A stretch of 42,615 nucleotides of DNA, from the NCBI GenBank assembly GCA_965228875.1, contig OZ245843.1, positions 496,001 through 538,615 on the forward strand, read 5' to 3'. Origin of the DNA: Thalassobaculaceae bacterium (GTDB taxonomy: Bacteria > Pseudomonadota > Alphaproteobacteria > Thalassobaculales > Thalassobaculaceae). Positions 19,419 through 27,559 of this stretch are shown here, piece by piece (position 1 is the first letter of the stretch; every line of letters begins with the position of its first letter). The notes under the pieces are model-generated. The model did not search any database. It was not told the origin of the DNA and worked only from the letters and a program-made list of their open reading frames with translations. A program made the position numbers and the translations under genes.

Positions 19419-19862
19419 ATGACGGTGATGGAAGCGGGCGTGACGCCGGCCGGCGAAGGGATCGACGGCGTCGTCTGGTCGATCCTGGGCCAGACCTACA
19501 AGCCGAAGCAGGAGAGCGACAGCTGCTTCTCCTTCGAGACGCTGTTCCCGGCCGGCACCTTCGTGCCACCGCACATCCACCCGACCCAGGACGAGTTCAT
19601 CTATATGCTGGACGGCACGTTCGATCTGGTGCTGGACGGCCAGGCCGCCAAGGCCAGCACCGGCGACCTGATCCGCATGCCGATGGGCATCCCGCACGGG
19701 ATCTTCAACAACTCCGGCGCCGACGTGAAGGCGCTGTTCTGGGTCTCGCCGGCCCGCACGTTGCGGCAGCTGTTCGAGAAAATCCACAACGTCGCGGATC
19801 CGCAGGAGGTGGTGCGACTCGCCGCCCAGCACGAGGTCGAGTTCCTGCCGCCGCCAGAGTAG
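19419..19862 (+). CDS. Cupin domain protein
   Basis: PPHIHPTQDE...GDLIRMPMGIPHG motifs; GGAGG RBS before the ATG at 19419. Confidence 0.88.
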   Translation: MTVMEAGVTPAGEGIDGVVWSILGQTYKPKQESDSCFSFETLFPAGTFVPPHIHPTQDEFIYMLDGTFDLVLDGQAAKASTGDLIRMPMGIPHGIFNNSGADVKALFWVSPARTLRQLFEKIHNVADPQEVVRLAAQHEVEFLPPPE

Positions 19863-19979
19863 GCGGGATCGACCGCGTGTGCAGGTGAAACTGGCGCTTC
19901 GCGAAGATACTTCTATCTTCTATCGTCGTTGGTCTTGATGTGCGTGAGTTAGCCGGTCGAAGAAACGGGCAGAGCGCTT

Positions 19980-20498
19980 ATGGTTTCGCATAGCGAACAT
20001 CCGACCCCTTTCTGGAGTCTGCCCAGCGTTCACATTCCGCTGGACATCGCCGATATCGATGCTTTTCCGTTGCTTGCGGAGGCGCTGACGGTCTGGCAGA
20101 GGGCGGCGTCGGACGGTCTGCCGAAGACGATCGATCCTCTGGATATGCCGCCGACGCTCATCAAGGGGATCAGCCTGATCGAATGGAGCGAGGAGGAGGG
20201 CGACTGGTTCGTGCGCCTTGCGTCTTCGCTTCTCATCCGTGGACATGGCGGTCCCCTCACCGGCGCGCGTCTGGCGGACGGTCTGAAGCCGGATCAGGCC
20301 GCCAGGATGCGTGAGCGCGTGCGGATCATGTTCGAGAACGAAGCGCCGGCCCTGGACCGTTTCACGTTCGACGACCGCAAAGGTCGAATCTGGTCCTATG
20401 TGCGCCTGGCGCTTCCGCTCAGCAGCGACGGGACCCGCCGGGATCGCTACGCGTTGATATTCGATCCCGAGACATTCGGGCAGCGGGTCGACGACTGA
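19980..20498 (+). CDS. Stand-alone PAS-like (PAS_5-like) protein, paralog 1
   Basis: W...LP..IDP.D, RL, G..L.G and RL.LPLS.DG pattern; clearly homologous to the next two ORFs. Confidence 0.75.
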   Translation: MVSHSEHPTPFWSLPSVHIPLDIADIDAFPLLAEALTVWQRAASDGLPKTIDPLDMPPTLIKGISLIEWSEEEGDWFVRLASSLLIRGHGGPLTGARLADGLKPDQAARMRERVRIMFENEAPALDRFTFDDRKGRIWSYVRLALPLSSDGTRRDRYALIFDPETFGQRVDD

Positions 20499-20662
20499 TC
20501 GTCGGCCCGCTGGTTGCCGCGTCGGCAGCCGACACCATCGCCGACTCTTGATATCTGGCCTGTGGCTCTTGAAACCGGATCCGTACGGATTCGTTCATGT
20601 CGGTCCGTCTCGTGTGATATTCTGACCGCGTAGAAGAGCTTCAGTGCCGGTACACGGAGCCG

Positions 20663-21181
20663 ATGGCGCCGAAAGAAAAATGGCCCGAACGTCTGCTGGA
20701 ATGGCCCAGCGCCTATATCGAGCTCCCGATCGAGCGGATTTCGGAGTTCCCGCTCCTCGCGGCCTGCCTGGAGGCGTGGCGCGCGGACAGCGGCGCCGGT
20801 TATCCCTCCACCCTGGATCCGATCGATCTGCCCCGGGAGGTCATCAAGGGGGTCAGCCTCCTCGACTGGGTGGAGGACAGGCAGGACTGGGTGATCCGCC
20901 TGTCCTCGACCCTGCTCGACGAGGGATACGGGCGCAGCATGCGAGGCATGGGTATCAACGGTGTGTTCCGGCAGGCGGAGGCGGCGGAGGTCCGTGATGC
21001 GGTCAGCGCGATCGTCGGGGCCGGCCGCCCCAATCTCATGCGCCGAGAGTACATGGACCCGCGGGGGCGGGTCTGGTCCTACGTCCGCCTGATCCTCCCC
21101 CTGAGCAGTGATGGCCGATCCCTGAACCGGTATGCGCTGGTCTACGATCCAATCACGTTCGGTGAGCGTATCGACCGGTAG
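20663..21181 (+). CDS. Stand-alone PAS-like (PAS_5-like) protein, paralog 2
   Basis: FPLLA.CL.AW, DP.D.P, IKGVSL and WSYVRLILPLSSDG...RYAL.YDP.TFG, shared with its neighbours. Confidence 0.75.
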   Translation: MAPKEKWPERLLEWPSAYIELPIERISEFPLLAACLEAWRADSGAGYPSTLDPIDLPREVIKGVSLLDWVEDRQDWVIRLSSTLLDEGYGRSMRGMGINGVFRQAEAAEVRDAVSAIVGAGRPNLMRREYMDPRGRVWSYVRLILPLSSDGRSLNRYALVYDPITFGERIDR

Positions 21182-21293
21182 AGGTGAAGTGCACGACATC
21201 GCAGACCGGTCGATGGTGACGTCGAACGGACAGTCGGAGAACAATTGCTGAGTGGCCGTCCGGTGGACGCCGATCAAGATCGAGAGCAACGGA

Positions 21294-21839
21294 ATGTCGC
21301 CGGCGCGCCTGCCAGATCGCCTCTTGTCGATGCCCCGTACCCACGTGCCCTTGGCGATCGATGAGATCGGGGCATACCCGGTGCTGGCAGGGTGCCTCGA
21401 AGCGTGGCGTAAGGCGGCGACCGGGCGCCTTCCGGAGACTATCGACCCCGTCGAGATGCCGATCCGCGCCATCAAGGGGATCAGCCTGGTCGACTGGAAC
21501 GAGGAGACCGACGAGTGGATCGTCCGGCTGTCGTCAACGCTTATGGACGAAGGCGTCGGCAGTCCGATGACCGGTCGCCCTCTGGCCAATGCCTTCCCGG
21601 CGGAGGAGTTCGAGGGCGTCGTCAATCGCCTGGACGAGATCCTGAACTCCGGCGAACCGAGCCTTGCCCGGCACGAGTTCACCGACCAGCGGGGGCGGCG
21701 CTGGTCCTACATCCGTCTGGTCCTCCCGCTGAGTAGGACGGGCGGAACCTCGGACCGATACGCCGTGATCTATGACCCCGATACGTTCGGTCAGCGGATC
21801 GGGCCCGAGCCCAGAGCGCGACCGCTTCCGATCGAATAG
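21294..21839 (+). CDS. Stand-alone PAS-like (PAS_5-like) protein, paralog 3
   Basis: Same motifs (IKGISL, WSYIRLVLPLS, YDPDTFGQR); the last codons run into repeat copy 2. Confidence 0.75.
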   Translation: MSPARLPDRLLSMPRTHVPLAIDEIGAYPVLAGCLEAWRKAATGRLPETIDPVEMPIRAIKGISLVDWNEETDEWIVRLSSTLMDEGVGSPMTGRPLANAFPAEEFEGVVNRLDEILNSGEPSLARHEFTDQRGRRWSYIRLVLPLSRTGGTSDRYAVIYDPDTFGQRIGPEPRARPLPIE

Positions 21840-21926
21840 AGATGGACCGTGAACCACCCTCTAAACCATTGTAGATAAATCTACTTCATCCCAGAAGGTG
21901 TTTCCAGATTATCGTGAGTGTCGCTA
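21811..21926. repeat. Intergenic repeat element copy 2 (degenerate, inverted relative to copy 1, 116 bp)
   Basis: CCAGAGCGCGACCGCTTCCGATCGAATAGAGATGGACCGTGAACCACCCTCTAAACCATT aligns without gaps to the reverse complement of copy 1 (CTAGAGCGCGATCGGTTCAGATCGAGTCGACCTGAACCGTAAACCGACCTCTAAACTATT). TGTTTCCA....ATCGTGA is also shared. Confidence 0.75.
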
Positions 21927-23180
21927 AGCCGGTGACCGGTTGACGTCGTCCTGACTGAATCTTGCCAGGGTGGCGTAGCCGCGAACGATGGCTTCCAGTT
22001 CGTCGCGACCGGCGACATCCTCGAGGTTCTCGAACCCGTCGGGGGCGCGACTCTCGACCAGATCGATCACGCCTTCCGGGCCGCCGGTGCGGTTCTGTCG
22101 GACGATCTCCGCCGTCATCGGCAGGCGTTCGTTCTCGTAGGCACGAAGAGCGTCCTCGACGTCGCCGCCGCAGTCGGCCAGGAGGGGGGCGAGGCAGCGG
22201 GCGTCGAGGATCGCCTGGCTCGCGCCGTTCGAGCCAACCGGATACATCGGATGGGCGGCGTCGCCGAGCAGGGTGACGCGGCCGAACGACCAGCGGTCGA
22301 CCGGATCGCGGTCGCACATGGGGAACTCGTAGAAATCCACGGTCTTGGTGATCAGATCGACGGGGTCGATCAGGTCGAGTTCGAAGACGCCGTCGACATG
22401 CGCCATGACATCCGCTCGTTCGCCGAGCTGGTTCCAGCTCTCGCGCCGGGGAGGCGGGCGGTTGCCCTCGCCGAGCCGCGCGACCACGGCCCAGTTTATC
22501 AGCGTCCTTCCCGGGCTGTCGGGGTCGTTGTAGATCGGATAGCAGACGAACTTGGCGTTCATGCCGCCGGCGATGATCATGGAGCGTCCGCTGAGGAAGG
22601 GTTCCCCCTCGACGGCGCCGCGCCACAGCATCAGACCGTTCCAGCGCGGCGGCCCCTCGTCGGGATAGTAGGTCGCGCGCACCTTCGAGTGGATACCGTC
22701 GCAGCCGATCAGCACATTGCCTTTCGCCGACACCGTGGTCGAGGTGTCGCGGCGCTCGAACCGGGCGGTCACCGTGGTGCCGTCATCCTCGAACCCGACA
22801 AGCTGGTGGCCGGTGTGAACGCGGTCGGCGCCCAGACGTTCGCGCACGGCGGCCAGGAGCAGTGCCTGGAGCTTGCCGCGGTGGATCGAGAACTGCGGGT
22901 AGTCGTAGCCGGCGTCGGTGCCGCGCAGGTCGCGCCAGACCTCCTGGCCGAACCGGTTCTGGTAGATCAACTCGTAGGTGCGGATGCCGACCTCGTCCAG
23001 CCGGTCGAGCAGGCCGAGGTCGGCAAGTTCCCTGATCGCATGGGGCAGGGTGTTGATGCCGACGCCAAGTTCCCTGATGGTCTGGGACTGCTCGTAGACA
23101 TGGGCTTCTATGCCCTGTTCGTGCAGGCTCAACGCGGTGGTCAGGCCGCCGATGCCGCCGCCGATGATGATCGCCTTCAT
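21924..23180 (-). CDS. FAD-dependent monooxygenase (group A, PhzS/salicylate hydroxylase-like)
   Basis: GGGIGG, ELGVGIN, DGIHS and RVTLLGDAAHPMYP.GSNGASQA motifs; start at MKAIII with GGGGAG RBS. Confidence 0.9.
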   Translation of the reverse strand: MKAIIIGGGIGGLTTALSLHEQGIEAHVYEQSQTIRELGVGINTLPHAIRELADLGLLDRLDEVGIRTYELIYQNRFGQEVWRDLRGTDAGYDYPQFSIHRGKLQALLLAAVRERLGADRVHTGHQLVGFEDDGTTVTARFERRDTSTTVSAKGNVLIGCDGIHSKVRATYYPDEGPPRWNGLMLWRGAVEGEPFLSGRSMIIAGGMNAKFVCYPIYNDPDSPGRTLINWAVVARLGEGNRPPPRRESWNQLGERADVMAHVDGVFELDLIDPVDLITKTVDFYEFPMCDRDPVDRWSFGRVTLLGDAAHPMYPVGSNGASQAILDARCLAPLLADCGGDVEDALRAYENERLPMTAEIVRQNRTGGPEGVIDLVESRAPDGFENLEDVAGRDELEAIVRGYATLARFSQDDVNRSPA

Positions 23181-23201
23181 TCTGCCCACTCCCCTTGATC
23201 T

Positions 23202-23254
23202 CCCGTGACACGGGCGGTCGCCAGTCTTGCCGACCCGGTCGCCCGTGTCACGGG
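23202..23254. repeat. Perfect 15-bp inverted repeat whose arms are themselves palindromic
   Basis: CCCGTGACACGGGCG (23202-23216) and CGCCCGTGTCACGGG (23240-23254). Confidence 0.75.
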
Positions 23255-23260
23255 GATGCG

Positions 23261-24382
23261 TCAGACATAGCAGGACCGGCAGGCCTTCGGGATCCGGCCC
23301 TCCAGATGGTCGCGGCGGAACGCCCTGAAACCGGTACCGTGCCATGTTTCCGCGACCGAAGCGCCGTGCCGCCGGATCTCCAGCACATCCGGATTTCCGA
23401 TCGTGCAACAGGGGACGATCCGCCCGTCCGAGCCCACGAAGGCCCGCTCGAACGGCCAGGGACAGATCCCCTGAGGGCTGTCGGTGGTGTACTTCTCGGT
23501 GGTGTGCCAGAACGCCACCGTTACGCCGAGTTCCGCGCCGAGCCGAACCAGATCCATCAGGTCCCGCGGATCGAGGGACTCCGCGACGCTGACCGCGTCG
23601 TTCGCCGCGCGCCAGTCCTCCAAGCCCCAGTCGACCAGTTCGAGGGAGAACACCTGGGACGTGAAGCCGAGCGTCGCCGCCAACCTCACCAGATCCGGCA
23701 ATTCCCCGACATTGGCCTTCTGGACGACCGTCCACATCTTCGTCGGGCTCTTGCCAGCCGCGGCGAAGGCCGCGTTCAGCGCGGCGACGTTCCGGGTCAC
23801 CCGCTCGAACACGCCACCGCGGCGGATTTCTTCATAGACGGCGGCTGTCGCGCCATCGATCGAGATCTGGACCTCGTTCGGGTCGGCGGCGACAAGCTTG
23901 GCAATGTTGTCGTTGAGATGCAGCAGCGAGCCGTTTGTCGTCGTGCGGACCCAGATCCGCCGGGCCCGGGCGTAGCGGATCATCTCGAAATACGGATCGC
24001 GCTGCATCAGCGGCTCGCCCATGCCCTGAAGCTTGATCTCGACCAGGCCGCTCTGGTCGTCGATCAGCGCCTTGAACGCCTCAAACGGCATATCCTGGGC
24101 GCGTTTGCCCTTGGGCCAGGCGCTGACGCTGCACATGGTGCAGCGGAAATTGCAGCGGCTCACGTTCTCAATGTCCAGCTTGATCGGCAGATAGTCCGGC
24201 TCGACCTCGCGTCGGGAACTGGCACGGTAGCGGGCATAGTTCATCCTGCGTCGGCGGTCGGCGCGCAGGCAGGCGGCCCGCTCGTCGCGATAAGCCTGCA
24301 GGCCGGCGGCGGGCTCCGGCTCGGGCAGGTTGCGCAGACCGAGCGCGGTCGGCGCGGTCTCGGTGGCGGGGGACATCGGCAT
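23261..24382 (-). CDS. Radical SAM protein with SPASM/twitch domain
   Basis: CNFRCTMC (CxxxCxxC), GEPL, TTNG and ISIDG; C-terminal CPWPF...DG...PCC...C..C. Confidence 0.92.
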   Translation of the reverse strand: MPMSPATETAPTALGLRNLPEPEPAAGLQAYRDERAACLRADRRRRMNYARYRASSRREVEPDYLPIKLDIENVSRCNFRCTMCSVSAWPKGKRAQDMPFEAFKALIDDQSGLVEIKLQGMGEPLMQRDPYFEMIRYARARRIWVRTTTNGSLLHLNDNIAKLVAADPNEVQISIDGATAAVYEEIRRGGVFERVTRNVAALNAAFAAAGKSPTKMWTVVQKANVGELPDLVRLAATLGFTSQVFSLELVDWGLEDWRAANDAVSVAESLDPRDLMDLVRLGAELGVTVAFWHTTEKYTTDSPQGICPWPFERAFVGSDGRIVPCCTIGNPDVLEIRRHGASVAETWHGTGFRAFRRDHLEGRIPKACRSCYV

Positions 24383-24481
24383 TGCACGCGCCTCTCGGCC
24401 GGTCATCCTCGACTGCGACAATCAATAACCCCGGTGCGGCGGCCGGACTTTGATGTGGATCAATCGCGCAGGGTCTCGCAT

Positions 24482-24520
24482 CAGAGCCCCGCAACAGAGC
24501 CCCGCAACAGTGGCCCGCAA
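24482..24520. repeat. 3 x 13-bp tandem repeat in a divergent promoter region
   Basis: CAGAGCCCCGCAA CAGAGCCCCGCAA CAGTGGCCCGCAA. Confidence 0.85.
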
Positions 24521-24601
24521 CCGTCGGGATCGATCCCTCGTCGTCGGCCGTGCTAGAACGCGGTGTCGGGACCAAGCGGATCTCGCCGGGGGATCGAACG
24601 T

Positions 24602-25213
24602 ATGGCAGCCATCGCCTCGAAGCCGGCCGACGATGCGGACCTCGTCGCCGCGCTCAAGGCCGGCGATGACCGCGCGTTCGAGCAACTGGTCCGGGACTAC
24701 GGTGCCAAGCTGCTCGCGGTGGCGCGCCGGATGATGCGGGACGACGCCGCGGCACAGGATTGCGTTCAGGAGGCGTTCCTGTCGGCGCACAGGGCGATCG
24801 CCCGCTTCGAGCCGCATGGCTCGCTCGGTGGGTGGCTGCACCGGATCACGGTCAACGCTTGCCTCATGCGCCTGCGATCGGCCAGGCGACTGGCCGAAAC
24901 ACCGATCGACGACCTGCTGCCGTCATTCAGCGCGCAGGGGCTGCGGCTCGACGAGCCGCGCACGGAGGTTCGCGATCCGGAAACGGAACTCGAGGTCACG
25001 CGCGTTCGGCAGTTCGTAAGGGCGAAGATCGACGAACTGCCCGACGGCTACCGTATCGTTTTGCTGCTTCGCGACATTGAGGGATACAGCACGCGGGAGG
25101 CGGCCGAGATCATGGGCATTGCCGAGGGGGCGGTGAAGGTTCGTCTGCATCGGGCCCGCGCCGCGCTGAAAACGCTCGTCGAGCCGCTCTGGAACGAGTT
25201 GGGGTTGGAATGA
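24602..25213 (+). CDS. ECF sigma-70 factor
   Basis: Region 2 (A.D.VQEAF, WLHRI.VN) and region 4 (LP...R.V.LLRD.EG.S..E.A......G.VK.RLHRAR). Confidence 0.92.
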   Translation: MAAIASKPADDADLVAALKAGDDRAFEQLVRDYGAKLLAVARRMMRDDAAAQDCVQEAFLSAHRAIARFEPHGSLGGWLHRITVNACLMRLRSARRLAETPIDDLLPSFSAQGLRLDEPRTEVRDPETELEVTRVRQFVRAKIDELPDGYRIVLLLRDIEGYSTREAAEIMGIAEGAVKVRLHRARAALKTLVEPLWNELGLE

Positions 25214-25536
25214 TCACCCGTAGAAAGCTGCGATGGCGCATCCAGCACTGGCTGGAGAACCACGTTCCAGGGCTGATGACGTGTGCCGAGTTCGGCGACA
25301 CCGTCGATGCCTATCTCGACGGAGAGCTTGGACCGGTGGCAAGCGCTCTGGTCGACCTTCACATCAGGACGTGTCCGGCCTGCGAACGCTATCTGGCGGC
25401 CTACCGCAAGACACGGGACCTGGCGGTCGCGACGGTGACCGCCGAGGACGACGCGGTGCTGGAGGATCTGCCGGAGGACCTGGTCACAGCCATCCTCGCC
25501 GCCCGCGATGCCGAGGCGGGTCGTCCGATGCCGTAG
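25210..25536 (+). CDS. Zinc-binding anti-sigma factor (zf-HC2/ZAS), soluble
   Basis: MTC...YLDGEL...HIRTCPAC (HxxxCxxC); ATGA overlap with the sigma gene; no TM helix. Confidence 0.85.
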   Translation: MITRRKLRWRIQHWLENHVPGLMTCAEFGDTVDAYLDGELGPVASALVDLHIRTCPACERYLAAYRKTRDLAVATVTAEDDAVLEDLPEDLVTAILAARDAEAGRPMP

Positions 25537-25587
25537 CGCGGCCGTCGATCGGTCGACGGCAGATCCGCGGCAACGGCGATCGTCGGT

Positions 25588-25905
25588 TCAGCCGGTCCCG
25601 CCGGAAACGGAATCCCGATGGTGATCGTTCGCCGCCGCGCTCAGCGTGTCCGGCCCGATGGGCTCGAGTTCAACGACATCGACGGCAACGACCACGTTGT
25701 CGGCGACCGGATTGGTGATCTGTTGCGCTTCGAGGGCGGCACGCCGCGCGGCACGGTCGTCGCGCATGCTGGACAGGATGGCGGCGGCGAACGGAATGAC
25801 CGCGCCGATCAGAAAGATTGCGCACACGATCGCGAGCAGCAGCGGGTCGACGCTGGTGGTCGGAGCGGCGAGGGAGTCCGGTCCTTGCGGCATGGCGCGC
25901 CTCAT
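25588..25905 (-). CDS. Hypothetical single-pass membrane protein
   Basis: Fills the intergenic gap and has one strongly hydrophobic helix (LLLAIVCAIFLIGAVIPFAAAIL). No recognisable family. Confidence 0.5.
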   Translation of the reverse strand: MRRAMPQGPDSLAAPTTSVDPLLLAIVCAIFLIGAVIPFAAAILSSMRDDRAARRAALEAQQITNPVADNVVVAVDVVELEPIGPDTLSAAANDHHRDSVSGGTG

Positions 25906-26145
25906 CTTCTAGGGCAACGGTTCAGGGGCGGAAAACAAACGTCGGCCCCCGTTACCGGCGACCGACGCCATACTATAGGAAGGTCGTTTCTGCATCGTTT
26001 GCCCGGGCGCGACGCGGTTGGTCTGCGGGCGACACGGGGTGTCGGTTTCGCTGGAAATTCGATCGTGTTTCTCGGGTAAACACCCCTGTCGCTTGAGGGC
26101 GGGTCGGCACGGCCCGGTCTCGGCGGCCTAGTCACATTTCGGGAT

Positions 26146-26185
26146 GCGTCGCCTCCGGCTTCCGGCCGGTCGTGCGGCGCTTTTT
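26146..26185 (+). terminator. Terminator-like hairpin just upstream of an ORF
   Basis: Outer stem GCGTCGC/GCGGCGC, inner stem CCGGC/GCCGG, then TTTTT. Confidence 0.45.
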
Positions 26186-26219
26186 CGTCCGACGCGCCGG
26201 TAGGGGGAGGCACGGGCTC

Positions 26220-26558
26220 ATGGCTATTCGTTTGGCGACGCTGCCGGTCGACGAGGTTAAGGTGCTGGCCGGCATTTCCGGGTTCCCCCGCTGGGCCGGC
26301 GATGTGACCGTCGACGAGGCGCTGATCGATCTTCATCTGGCCAATGATGCGCTGATCGAGCCGGACGACGCCCGCGACCCCAATGCACCGGTCCCGCCCG
26401 AGGAGCATGCGGGCCGTGTCGCATGGCTGGTCCGGCATGTCGCCCGCGACGCTTGCTCGCTGACGATCCGCGATGGCCGGATCCAGGACGGCAACCACCG
26501 TCTCGCCGCCGCCATGTACCGCGGCGATGCCCTGATCCGCGTCTGCTTTATGGACTGA
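26220..26558 (+). CDS. Small hypothetical protein with a ParB/sulfiredoxin-like motif
   Basis: IQDGNHRLAAA resembles the ParB/Srx DGxHR motif; GGAGG upstream. Confidence 0.65.
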   Translation: MAIRLATLPVDEVKVLAGISGFPRWAGDVTVDEALIDLHLANDALIEPDDARDPNAPVPPEEHAGRVAWLVRHVARDACSLTIRDGRIQDGNHRLAAAMYRGDALIRVCFMD

Positions 26559-26607
26559 CTCGTCCGCCCATCGGCTGACATACTCCCGGAAAAATCGGGA
26601 GGATGTC

Positions 26608-27450
26608 ATGGGCAGGATGCTGGATCGGGCGGCGATCGACCGCTACCGTCAAGAGGGTTACGCCTTTCCCGTGCGGGTAATGGATGCGGACGAGGCCGCC
26701 ACCTTCCGCCGGCGCTTCGAGGCCTACGAGACGGCGAACGGCGGTTGGTACGAGCTGTCCAAGGGCCAGAAACTGTACCTGTTGCAGACCTGGGTGACGG
26801 ACCTCGTGCTGCACCCCCGTGTGCTCGACGCGGTGGAGGACATTCTCGGGCCCGATATCCTGTGTTGGGGCACGTCGCTGTTCGTCAAGGACGCGCACAA
26901 CCCGAGTTTCGTGTCCTGGCATCAGGATGCGACCTACTGGGGCCTCGACCGACCGGACGTGGTCACCGCCTGGATCGCCCTGTCGCCGGCGACGCTGGAG
27001 AGCGGCTGCATGAAGGTGGTGCCCGGCAGCCAGCACTGGCAGCAGTTGGAACACCGCGACACCCTGGCCAGGGAGAACCTGCTGACCCGCGGCCAGGAAC
27101 TGGCGGTCGAGGTCGAGGAGGATCAGGCGGTGGCCATGCCGCTGGCGCCGGGCGAGATGTCGCTGCACCACGTGCTGCTGGCGCATGCGAGCGAGCCGAA
27201 CCGCAGCGACGATCGGCGCATCGGCGTGGCCATCCGCTACGTCGCGCCGCATGTTCGCCAGATCAACGGCGACCGGGATTCGGCACTGCTCTGCCGGGGC
27301 CAGGACCGGCACGGGAACTTCATCCATGAAACGCCGCCCAAGGCCGACATGGACGACGCCGCACGGGCCGAACACGCCCGGATCATGGCGTTTCGCCAGG
27401 GCGTTCTGTACAAGGGCGTCGAGGGCAAGCCTGCGCATACGGCGGTGTAG
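26608..27450 (+). CDS. Phytanoyl-CoA dioxygenase (PhyH) family Fe(II)/2-oxoglutarate dioxygenase
   Basis: WHQD (HxD), W.AL, G.M.VVPGS, distal H in LAHAS.PN.S and RR.G motifs. Confidence 0.9.
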   Translation: MGRMLDRAAIDRYRQEGYAFPVRVMDADEAATFRRRFEAYETANGGWYELSKGQKLYLLQTWVTDLVLHPRVLDAVEDILGPDILCWGTSLFVKDAHNPSFVSWHQDATYWGLDRPDVVTAWIALSPATLESGCMKVVPGSQHWQQLEHRDTLARENLLTRGQELAVEVEEDQAVAMPLAPGEMSLHHVLLAHASEPNRSDDRRIGVAIRYVAPHVRQINGDRDSALLCRGQDRHGNFIHETPPKADMDDAARAEHARIMAFRQGVLYKGVEGKPAHTAV

Positions 27451-27559
27451 GGGCCCCGTTCCCAGCCCCAGTCCACTGGCGTCCGCCGCCCCGGCATCTG
27501 CCACGCCCAGCGTCCGCCGTTCGGCTGTACGCCCCGCGGCGCCAAGAGTAGGATGGGGC

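Noticed and set aside
21924..23735. 603-aa ORF suggesting a radical SAM-monooxygenase fusion or frameshift
   Set aside because: The first 185 codons are an alternate-frame read of the radical SAM gene. The Rossmann motif starts at 23180 with its own RBS, and the radical SAM gene has its own stop.
26608..27450. Non-heme iron halogenase (SyrB2-like)
   Set aside because: The facial triad is HQD with the Asp retained, whereas halogenases have Ala or Gly there.
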